Positions 1 to 8,029 of a stretch of 64,000 bases of DNA are shown here, piece by piece. The stretch is from assembly GCA_902632315.1 (NCBI GenBank), contig CACPCD010000003.1, forward strand, positions 135-64,134. The letters are read 5' to 3'. Position 1 is the first letter of the stretch; every line of letters begins with the position of its first letter. The notes under the pieces are model-generated. The model was given only the letters and a program-made list of their open reading frames with translations, was not told the origin of the DNA and ran no database searches. A program made the translations under genes and the position numbers. Source of the stretch: an uncultured Pelagibacteraceae bacterium (GTDB lineage: Bacteria; Pseudomonadota; Alphaproteobacteria; Pelagibacterales; Pelagibacteraceae).

Positions 1-415
1 TGTAAAGATTAATTCTTTTTGTTGATAAGTGCATTTGAGCGACCATTCTGCCAATATCAAAACAATTCTTGTTATTAAGTTTTTTTTTATCTTTACCTTC
101 GAGAAAAGTCACTATACATGCTGATTTACCTTTTAATTTTATAATAAAATCCCCCCGGCGGTTTCTGAGGGGTTTAGGGCAGGTAATATTTAGATCGCTC
201 AACTGGTCCATTAATTTCATGAAAAAAGGTATTTCTTTTCTTTCAACTCTTTTTTCAAAAATTGTAAGAATAAATTTTTCTTTTTTTGATTTTAACAAGT
301 AATTAGTATTTTCAATACCTTGCTTGATACCTTTAAAATATTTAAAATTTTGAAAATTAAATTTTTTATTTATTAAGGAAATATCCTTTTTGTTTATCTT
401 AGTATAAACAGCCAT
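1..415 (-). CDS. thrB: Homoserine kinase type II, N-terminal part (runs off the window edge; absent from ORF track)
   Basis: Manual translation from ATG at 415: MAVYTKINKKDIS...QGIENTNYLL...ILTIFEKRV...GRMVAQMH. ispH-thrB adjacency is typical of alphaproteobacteria. Confidence 0.93.
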   Translation of the reverse strand, partial: MAVYTKINKKDISLINKKFNFQNFKYFKGIKQGIENTNYLLKSKKEKFILTIFEKRVERKEIPFFMKLMDQLSDLNITCPKPLRNRRGDFIIKLKGKSACIVTFLEGKDKKKLNNKNCFDIGRMVAQMHLSTKRINLY

Positions 416-1360
416 TTAATTTAATTTTTTAGGAACTTTGAAAACGACATCTTCTTTTATAATTTCAACTTCATCTATGGAAACTTTAAATTTTTTCTTC
501 AAATTTTCTATGAAATTTTCGACCAGTATTTCAGGTGCAGATGCTCCCGAGGATACCCCAATAGTATTAGAATTTTCAATAAGATCATAAGGTATTTCAC
601 TTTTAGAATGAATCAATTGAGAGTTTATACATCCGGATTTTTTTGCTACCTCCACCAACCTAACAGAATTTGATGAATTTCTACTTCCAATCACAAAAAA
701 CATATCACAATTTTTTGCAATATTCTTAACTGCCATTTGTCTATTTGTTGTTGCATAACAAATGTCTTCTTTAAGTGGTTCTCGAATTTTTGGAAATCTT
801 CTCTTTAAAATTTGAATAATGTCTTTTGTGTCATCAACAGAAAGAGTTGTTTGGGTTACAAAAGCTAATTCTTTATTTTTTTCAAATTTATAGTTCTTTG
901 CTTCGTTCTCATCTTGAATGAGATCAATTGACCCTTTGGGTAGTTGACCCATAGTACCTATAACCTCTGGATGGTTTTCATGACCTATAAGAATTAAATG
1001 ATACCCTGATTTATTCAAATTTTCAGCTTCTCTGTGAACCTTGGAAACTAACGGACATGTTGCATCAACATAAGTCATTTTATAATTTTTAGCATCAAGA
1101 GGAATTTTTTTTGGGACACCATGAGCAGAAAAAATTACAGGTCTCGTTTTATCTTTTATTTCCTCTAATTCCTCTACAAAAACTGCTCCTTTTTTCTTTA
1201 GGTTATCTACTACAAATTTATTGTGAACTATTTCATGTCGTACATAAACCGGGGCACCATATTTAACTAAAGCTTTTTCTACAATTTCAATTGCTCTTTC
1301 AACACCAGCGCAAAAACCTCTTGGCGCAGATAGTAAAATTTTAATTTCTTTGTTTTTCAT
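416..1360 (-). CDS. ispH: 4-hydroxy-3-methylbut-2-enyl diphosphate reductase
   Basis: PRGFCAGVERAI, HEIVHN, SAHG, DATCPLV, QTTLS, DICYATTNRQ, SSNS and GASAPE motifs. Confidence 0.98.
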   Translation of the reverse strand: MKNKEIKILLSAPRGFCAGVERAIEIVEKALVKYGAPVYVRHEIVHNKFVVDNLKKKGAVFVEELEEIKDKTRPVIFSAHGVPKKIPLDAKNYKMTYVDATCPLVSKVHREAENLNKSGYHLILIGHENHPEVIGTMGQLPKGSIDLIQDENEAKNYKFEKNKELAFVTQTTLSVDDTKDIIQILKRRFPKIREPLKEDICYATTNRQMAVKNIAKNCDMFFVIGSRNSSNSVRLVEVAKKSGCINSQLIHSKSEIPYDLIENSNTIGVSSGASAPEILVENFIENLKKKFKVSIDEVEIIKEDVVFKVPKKLN

Positions 1361-2264
1361 TTTTTTCTAATAAATATTCGAGCAATATATGCGGAAAAGT
1401 TAAAGACGCCAAACCTATAAATATAACCTTTAATATAGCGTCATCTAAAACATAGAAATTTGTTAAAATATAAACACTTAATACAAATAATATAGCAGTT
1501 ATTAAAGTTAATGGTAGAGCTTGCTTAATAAATTTATTAAAACCTACTTTAATCTCAATCTTATCAAATTCATATATCAATGACAAAGAATGTCTTACTG
1601 AATGTAAAAAACAAAAATAGATAGTAAAGGCAACGAGTGGTGATAAAAAAATATTTAGAAATAAAACCGTGAACCAATCTGCTAGAAAAAAACCCTCATT
1701 ATTTGATTTATAAACTATTATAATATTTGCAATTAAACTTATTAAAATAAAACCAAATAAAAAATTTTCATTTGGTAAAATTATATCTACATTTAGAATT
1801 TTAAAAATTTCTAATGTTTCATTTGTATTAAAAGTCAGGGGCGCAATTACCACTAAAGATCCCTTTAAAAAATATAAAAGATTTTCAAATTTCATATTTA
1901 TAACATTTCCTACACAACAATCTTCTTTCCCAAAGTGATACGAAGCAACAATTAAAAACAATAGTAAAGTTAGTAGAGGAATTAAAATCCATAAAGTAAT
2001 TATTGATAATGAAATCATTATATAGATTGGAAAAAATAAAAATTTATTTTGTATTTTATAAATCTTCATTAAATTAAATCCTTTAATATGATCAAGTGCA
2101 CCATGTGAAATACCAACTATAGATATTAAAAAAAAACACAATATTGTTTGAAAGGGTATAACAATTTCTTTTCTGTCTAAAAATTCAGACATTGAAAAAA
2201 TTATTAGTAAGCAGAAAAAAAATAAAAAAAGGGAATATTTTTTGTTAATTTTATATAAATTCAT
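1341..2264 (-). CDS. blh: Beta-carotene 15,15'-dioxygenase, Brp/Blh family (retinal synthesis)
   Basis: Multi-TM protein with GISHGALD, YHFG, YFCFLHSVRH and LTFPH iron-ligand motifs; follows crtIBY. Confidence 0.95.
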   Translation of the reverse strand: MNLYKINKKYSLFLFFFCLLIIFSMSEFLDRKEIVIPFQTILCFFLISIVGISHGALDHIKGFNLMKIYKIQNKFLFFPIYIMISLSIITLWILIPLLTLLLFLIVASYHFGKEDCCVGNVINMKFENLLYFLKGSLVVIAPLTFNTNETLEIFKILNVDIILPNENFLFGFILISLIANIIIVYKSNNEGFFLADWFTVLFLNIFLSPLVAFTIYFCFLHSVRHSLSLIYEFDKIEIKVGFNKFIKQALPLTLITAILFVLSVYILTNFYVLDDAILKVIFIGLASLTFPHILLEYLLEKNEKQRN

Positions 2265-3332
2265 TTAGTTAAATAATGCTTTAATAAAGGTCCATTTTGG
2301 CATTTTTAAAATTATTTTTAAATCTTCAAAAAAATTACTTTTATTTGATAAAAATTTTATAACAGTCTTTGGTGAACCCTTAAACATCTTAAAAAATATA
2401 TCAGGCATCATTTTGGGGTTTTCATTTAAAACTCTTAAAAAAATATCGTCTAAGAATTGATATTTTTTACTTATCTCAAATTTTCTAATTTTTGAAATAT
2501 TTTCGATATTTTTACAAATATATTTACTATGTTCTTGGATGTTTAAAAAAGTATAACCAGTGCTTAGTCTGGTCATACCTCCAGCAGTTCCAATATTTAT
2601 TTTATTTTTTGTTTCTTCATATGTTGGATAGAATAGGGGTATAGCACCCTCTTCTTTATAAGTTATTTTATAATTCCTTAAGTTTAAATGATTTTCTAAA
2701 TAATCCTTTATTTGATTGTCATAATCTTTTTGAGAGTTATCATTCATTTTTGACAACCAAGTTGTTTCGACTAAAGCCTTTGTTTTTGAGTAGGGAAGAG
2801 TATAAAAAAAATGAACACTTTCTCTTTGATCACAATCAAAATCCATAAGATTAAAAATTTCATCATCAAAAAAATTATTTTGTGTTTCAATTTCTACTCC
2901 ACAAAAATGTTGCCAAAGGTTAAGATGATTCTTTTTAATAGATGGAACACTATTAAAAATGAAAGAATTCTTTGAATTGATTTCACTTATATCTTTAAAG
3001 AGAGAAATATTTTTATTTTCTTTTAATCTATTATTAATTTTTTCATAAAATAAGCCACTATCAATACTTTGGTATGGATAATTTAGGCATTCTAAATGAT
3101 TAATTTTTTTGGGTATATTAATTGTAAAATTTTTCCAACTTTTAATAACACAATCATCAAAGTTATGAGAGACTACTTTCCAAAAGGACCAAGTTTTATC
3201 CTTTTTATATTCTGTTCTTGGTTCAATAATAGCTAAAGTTTTATCTTTTAATTTATCATTAATTTCAAGCTCATATGCTAGTGATAATCCTGCACAGCCA
3301 CCTCCAATAATTATATAGTCAAATTCTTTCAT
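2265..3332 (-). CDS. crtY: Lycopene beta-cyclase
   Basis: GGGCAGLSLA dinucleotide-binding motif, DKTWSFW, LMDF, FFYTLP, EEGAIP, GTAGG..STGYTF. Confidence 0.93.
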   Translation of the reverse strand: MKEFDYIIIGGGCAGLSLAYELEINDKLKDKTLAIIEPRTEYKKDKTWSFWKVVSHNFDDCVIKSWKNFTINIPKKINHLECLNYPYQSIDSGLFYEKINNRLKENKNISLFKDISEINSKNSFIFNSVPSIKKNHLNLWQHFCGVEIETQNNFFDDEIFNLMDFDCDQRESVHFFYTLPYSKTKALVETTWLSKMNDNSQKDYDNQIKDYLENHLNLRNYKITYKEEGAIPLFYPTYEETKNKINIGTAGGMTRLSTGYTFLNIQEHSKYICKNIENISKIRKFEISKKYQFLDDIFLRVLNENPKMMPDIFFKMFKGSPKTVIKFLSNKSNFFEDLKIILKMPKWTFIKALFN

Positions 3333-4170
3333 CTAAATTTATTTCTTCGTTAATTAAATTATGATTATGTTGTATTTGATCATATTTTTCATTTTTTAAT
3401 GATAGTTTAATTAAGTCAAAAATTGAGAGAAAAGTCTCAAATATTTTTTCAAAGTTTGAAACATATATCTTTCCTGAATTTTGATAATTTTCTAAATTTT
3501 TTGTATTTAAAATTTTATGCCCTATTTTTCTATAAACTCTCCTAGCAACCAAAATAGAAAAACGGAAACCTATTGGTATATCCTTAATTGAATAAAATGA
3601 ATTTTCATAAAAAGTTTCAGCGAGTTCGATAGTTGATGAGATTTTTTCAAAACTTTCATCAATGTAAAAACGATTATTTTTTGCATCTTCAATAACATCT
3701 CTTGATATATTGGTAAGCTGCATTGCAATTCCAAGATCAATAGCCGATTTAAGAGAATTTTTTTTATTAACTTTTAAAATTTTTGCCATCATTAATCCAA
3801 CAGTTCCAGCTACTCGGTATGAATAAATCAAAAGATCTTTTTTTGAGACTAATTTTACTTCTTCTTTAATATCTGATTTTATACCTAATAATAAATCATG
3901 AACAACTTTTAAAGATATATCGAATTCATCAATAAGATCCCACATATTTTTGATTATAGAATTTTTAAAATTTTTTTTATGAAAATCGTTTTCGAATTGA
4001 GTAAATTTTTTTAATTTATTTTCTATTCCCTCTTCATCATCAGCAATATTGTCTGCAACTCTACAAAAATCATACAACGCTGAACATTGTTTCAATTTTT
4101 CTTTAGGTAAAAAATAACCAGCCCAGCTAAATGACTTAGCGTAAACTGTTAGATAGCTTGTATTAGACAT
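3319..4170 (-). CDS. crtB: Phytoene synthase
   Basis: KSF, LYDFCRVADNIAD, YRVAGTVG, LGIAMQLTNISRDVIED. Confidence 0.95.
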   Translation of the reverse strand: MSNTSYLTVYAKSFSWAGYFLPKEKLKQCSALYDFCRVADNIADDEEGIENKLKKFTQFENDFHKKNFKNSIIKNMWDLIDEFDISLKVVHDLLLGIKSDIKEEVKLVSKKDLLIYSYRVAGTVGLMMAKILKVNKKNSLKSAIDLGIAMQLTNISRDVIEDAKNNRFYIDESFEKISSTIELAETFYENSFYSIKDIPIGFRFSILVARRVYRKIGHKILNTKNLENYQNSGKIYVSNFEKIFETFLSIFDLIKLSLKNEKYDQIQHNHNLINEEINLDERI

Positions 4171-5630
4171 TATAAAATTTTATCTAATACTTTTGCTGAC
4201 GAAAGTACCCCAGGCACCCCAGCTCCTGGATGAGTACCTGCTCCTACAAAATAAAGTCCATCGTATATTTCAGATTTGTTATGAAATCTAAAATAAGCTG
4301 ATTGTGAAAATTTTGGTTGTATAGAAAAACCTGAGCCATATTTTGTATTCAAGTCTTTTTCAAAGTAATCTGGTGTTAAATAAAAATCCTCAATAATATT
4401 TTCTTTAAGATTGGGCATCAAATCGTTTTGCATTTTATCAATCACTAAATTTTTCATTTTTTCGCCCTCAATATTCCAATTGATTTGAGATTGATTATTT
4501 GGAACTGGAACCAAAACATAAAAACAGTCTTTTCCTTCTGGAGCCATTGACCTATCTGTTGCAGAGGGACGGTGAAGATAATAACTAATATCATTATTTA
4601 ATTTTTTCTTATCAAATATATCGTCAAGGTGTTCTTTATATTTATTTCCAAATTTTATTGTATGGTGTTCTACATTTTCATATTTTTTTTTAGTACCAAA
4701 ATAATAAACAAATAATCCCATTGAATATTCCATTCGATTTTTTTTCCATTTAAAAAAAAATGAATTGCTAGTATTTCCGTTTAACATTTTTTCATAAACT
4801 GCAGGTGGGTCTGCATTACAGATAACATTATTAGAATTTATAATAGTTTGATCATTAAGTTGAACACCAGTAATCTTTTCTTTATCTGAAATAATTTTTG
4901 TTACTTCATAACCTTTGATTACTTTAATTCCTTCTTCATCCATCAAATTTTCAAAACCTTTTATTATGTTTCCAGTTCCACCCATTGAATAATGAATTCC
5001 CCATTTTTTTTCCAAATATAAAATTAGTCCATAAATTGACGTGGTGGTGAAAGGATTTCCACCGACTAATAACGGATGCATACTTAACATTCTTCTTAAT
5101 TTTTCATTTTTTATGAAAGATGAAACTAGAGAATAGACAGATTTATAACTTTTGAGCTTTAAAAGAGCTGGTAATTGTTGCATCATTACAAATGGTTTAT
5201 CAAATGGTACATCAGCTAGCTCTGTAAAACCTTTGTCAAAAATTTTTTTTGTAAAATTTACTAATTTTTCATAACCTATTACGTCTTCTTTAGATATTTC
5301 TCCAATTTGTCTTTTCATATCAGTTTCATCCCCAGAATAATTAAATTTAGTTTTGTCTTCAAAAATAAATTGGTACCAGATCTTTAAAGGAGTGAGCTTG
5401 ATATAATCTTTTGAATCTTTTTTAAATAATTCAAATAACTCGTTTATTAAGTAAGGAGCTGTAATTACTGTTGGACCACCATCATATATAAAACCATTTC
5501 TTTTAAATACTCTTGCTCTTCCTCCAAGATCTGGATGTTTTTCAATTAAAGTTACATCATGACCTTTCGCTTTAAGTCGGAGAGCAGCGGCTATTCCTCC
5601 AAAACCAGAGCCAATTACAATTGAGTTCAT
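4170..5630 (-). CDS. crtI: Phytoene desaturase
   Basis: IGSGFGGIAAA, GGRA, DGGPTVIT, LLVGGNP, C-terminal VGAGTHPGAGVPGV. Confidence 0.97.
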   Translation of the reverse strand: MNSIVIGSGFGGIAAALRLKAKGHDVTLIEKHPDLGGRARVFKRNGFIYDGGPTVITAPYLINELFELFKKDSKDYIKLTPLKIWYQFIFEDKTKFNYSGDETDMKRQIGEISKEDVIGYEKLVNFTKKIFDKGFTELADVPFDKPFVMMQQLPALLKLKSYKSVYSLVSSFIKNEKLRRMLSMHPLLVGGNPFTTTSIYGLILYLEKKWGIHYSMGGTGNIIKGFENLMDEEGIKVIKGYEVTKIISDKEKITGVQLNDQTIINSNNVICNADPPAVYEKMLNGNTSNSFFFKWKKNRMEYSMGLFVYYFGTKKKYENVEHHTIKFGNKYKEHLDDIFDKKKLNNDISYYLHRPSATDRSMAPEGKDCFYVLVPVPNNQSQINWNIEGEKMKNLVIDKMQNDLMPNLKENIIEDFYLTPDYFEKDLNTKYGSGFSIQPKFSQSAYFRFHNKSEIYDGLYFVGAGTHPGAGVPGVLSSAKVLDKIL

Positions 5631-5665
5631 GATATTAATTTATAGTTTTTTTAGGAAATTGTAAG
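5631..5665 (-). promoter_or_regulatory. Possible internal sigma70 promoter giving a leaderless crtI transcript
   Basis: Minus strand CTTACA-17 nt-TAAATT-6 nt-ATG with no Shine-Dalgarno. Weak, because AT-rich DNA produces such matches easily. Confidence 0.3.
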
Positions 5666-5669
5666 CGTA

Positions 5670-6167
5670 TTATGAATTAATTTTATTCAACTCTTCTTTT
5701 GCCTCATCTAAATTTTTTTGAAATAATATATCTAGCTTAGACTTATCTACTGAAGTTGTGATAACTTTTTTGACAGAGTCTAAAGCTATTTTTATCGAGG
5801 CATCTCTGATCTCTTTGATCGCCGCTTCCTTCATTTGGCCAATTTTATTTTCTGCTAAATGTTTTTTAATTTCAGATGATTTATGAAACTTGTCATTAAG
5901 CTCAATTATAAGTTTATCGCTGTCTTTCTTAGCATCCTCTAGAATTTTTTTTCTTTCCGGTTGAGCCATGTCTAATTTTTTTTGTGCATTGTCTAATAAT
6001 TTTTTAGCTTCAGTTCTTAGTTTTTCACTTTCATCAATTTCATTTTTAATATCAGAAATTAATTTATCTAAAATAGAATTAACTTTTTGGGGAATTTTTT
6101 TATAAACAAGTAGACCTAAAAATATTATAAAAGAAACGGCCACCCAAAAAGTTGCATCAAGAACCAT
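5670..6167 (-). CDS. atpF: F0 ATP synthase subunit b
   Basis: MVLDATFWVAVSF N-terminal TM helix plus coiled coil; start reassigned from 6206 to the ATG at 6167. Confidence 0.93.
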   Translation of the reverse strand: MVLDATFWVAVSFIIFLGLLVYKKIPQKVNSILDKLISDIKNEIDESEKLRTEAKKLLDNAQKKLDMAQPERKKILEDAKKDSDKLIIELNDKFHKSSEIKKHLAENKIGQMKEAAIKEIRDASIKIALDSVKKVITTSVDKSKLDILFQKNLDEAKEELNKINS

Positions 6168-6747
6168 AATATTTACCACTATCTTTTTTTGATAGATCCT
6201 CAACAATTGCTGAAAGACTGCTATTATTTACATCAACTCCAACTAATTTTTTTACAATTTCTGATGATGTTTCAATTGCAATTTTATTAATTTTTTCAGG
6301 AGCTCCTTTTCTTAATAGTTCAATTTCTTTTTCTGCCTTTTTAATTTCCAAATCAATTTGACTCTCTAAAACTTCTTTTTTAGAATTAATATCTTTCAAA
6401 GCCTTATCTCTTGCATCTTTAAAAATATTTTTTGCCTCTGATTTTGTTTTAAGAATAATTTGATCATATTCTTTAAGTTTACTTTCACTATCTTCTCTTT
6501 GTTTCTCCGCCGCCTCAATATTCTCTTGTATTTGTGATTTTCTTAATTCTAAATTTGCACTAATTTTTGGTAAAATCAATTTAGATAAAATTATATATAA
6601 AGTACCAAAGGTTAATGTCAGCCAGAATATTTGTGAAATCCAAAATTCAGGATTTAATTGAGGCATACCTCCGCTTTCAGCACTAAAAACTTCTTTCATA
6701 AAAAAGAAATTAAAAAATATTAACTGAAAATATATTTTTTTAATCAT
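6157..6747 (-). CDS. atpG: F0 ATP synthase subunit b'
   Basis: GGMPQLNPEFWISQIFWL motif of alphaproteobacterial b'; position in the F0 operon. Confidence 0.9.
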   Translation of the reverse strand: MIKKIYFQLIFFNFFFMKEVFSAESGGMPQLNPEFWISQIFWLTLTFGTLYIILSKLILPKISANLELRKSQIQENIEAAEKQREDSESKLKEYDQIILKTKSEAKNIFKDARDKALKDINSKKEVLESQIDLEIKKAEKEIELLRKGAPEKINKIAIETSSEIVKKLVGVDVNNSSLSAIVEDLSKKDSGKYYGS

Positions 6748-6750
6748 TTG

Positions 6751-6978
6751 TTAAAATGCAAAAAGAATGATTAACGCTACAACCAGTCCAAATAATCCAG
6801 TTGCTTCTGCAAGGGCAAATCCTAAAAGTAAATTAGGAAATTGTTTCTGTGCTGCAGAAGGGTTTCTCATTGCTCCTGATAAATAATTTCCAAAGATTAT
6901 TCCAATACCAACTCCGGCACCAGCTAGAGCTATGGCTGCCAAACCTGCTCCAATCATTTTTGCTGCTTCTAATTCCAT
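6751..6978 (-). CDS. atpE: F0 ATP synthase subunit c
   Basis: GAGVGIG, RNP loop, proton-binding Glu in FALAEATG; GGAGG Shine-Dalgarno upstream. Confidence 0.98.
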   Translation of the reverse strand: MELEAAKMIGAGLAAIALAGAGVGIGIIFGNYLSGAMRNPSAAQKQFPNLLLGFALAEATGLFGLVVALIILFAF

Positions 6979-6996
6979 TATATCCTCCTATGTTTA

Positions 6997-7731
6997 TTAA
7001 TGGTGTAAATTTAATGCATCATTTAAATAGATGCAGGTTAAGATCGCAAAAACATATGCTTGAAGAAAAGCAACTAAGATCTCCAAGCCAGTCAAAGCAA
7101 CCGAAAAACTTAGTGGAAGTAATCCACCAACTATTCCGAGACTTATCACAAAGCCACCGAAAACTTTCATCATAGTATGACCCGCCATCATGTTAGCAAA
7201 AAGCCTTACAGATAAGCTAACGGGTCTACTTAAGTATGATATAATTTCAATAACGACAATTAATGGTAACAAAACTATTGGAACCCCGCTTGGCACAAAT
7301 AATTTTAAATAGCCAAAACCATGTTTTATAAAACCAATAATTGTTACGCCAATAAAAATAAAAGATGCCAGCATAAAAGTTACAATGATATGACTTGTAA
7401 CAGTAAATGTATAAGGGATCATTCCAAACATATTACAAAAAAGAACAAACATAAATAATGAAAATATAAATGCAAAATAAGGTTTTGCTTTAGAGCCTGC
7501 TGTATCACTTATCATTTTCGATACAAAAGAATAACTTAATTCACTTAGAAGTTGGATCTTATTAGGTATCATCGAGTTTTTTTTAGAACCCAGATTAAAA
7601 ATTATCAAAATAGCTAAAGAGCTTACGACCATAAATAAACTTGCGTTTGTAAATGAAATATCAAAATTCCCTATTTTTATTTCTGGACCAATTCTATAAA
7701 CTTCGAATTGAGTCATCGGATTTGATGCCAT
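6997..7731 (-). CDS. atpB: F0 ATP synthase subunit a
   Basis: SRPVSLSVRLFANMMAGH, LQAYVFAILTCIYL. Confidence 0.98.
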   Translation of the reverse strand: MASNPMTQFEVYRIGPEIKIGNFDISFTNASLFMVVSSLAILIIFNLGSKKNSMIPNKIQLLSELSYSFVSKMISDTAGSKAKPYFAFIFSLFMFVLFCNMFGMIPYTFTVTSHIIVTFMLASFIFIGVTIIGFIKHGFGYLKLFVPSGVPIVLLPLIVVIEIISYLSRPVSLSVRLFANMMAGHTMMKVFGGFVISLGIVGGLLPLSFSVALTGLEILVAFLQAYVFAILTCIYLNDALNLHH

Positions 7732-7737
7732 AAAATT

Positions 7738-8013
7738 TTATTTTTGCATATTTTTTGCAGATCTAATCACATTTGTTATTCCAGCAATTACACCTACAAA
7801 AAAAAATATTAAAATTAACCAAGGTTTAGTACCAAAGGTCTTGTCTAAAATAAACCCAATAATTGTCCCTACAGCCACAGCAGACACTAATTCAGTACTA
7901 AGCTTAAAAGCTGAGCCAATCGTGGAAGGATTAGGTTTTTTATTATGTAAATCATTCTTTTGAAGCTTCTTTTTTGCAATTTCTAAGCGAGTTTTGAAGG
8001 GGGTTTTGACCAT
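7738..8013 (-). CDS. atpI: ATP synthase protein I (AtpZ/AtpI family)
   Basis: Two TM helices, GFILDKTFGTKPW, first gene of the F0 cluster. Confidence 0.88.
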   Translation of the reverse strand: MVKTPFKTRLEIAKKKLQKNDLHNKKPNPSTIGSAFKLSTELVSAVAVGTIIGFILDKTFGTKPWLILIFFFVGVIAGITNVIRSAKNMQK

Positions 8014-8029
8014 TTAAATAATCATTGAT

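Noticed and set aside
69-302. 77-aa plus-strand ORF
   Set aside because: Antisense shadow of thrB, which occupies 1-415 on the minus strand
1341-2264. Multi-TM protein as the rhodopsin itself
   Set aside because: It has Blh His motifs and lacks the helix-G retinal-binding Lys motif (DxxxK) and RYxDW
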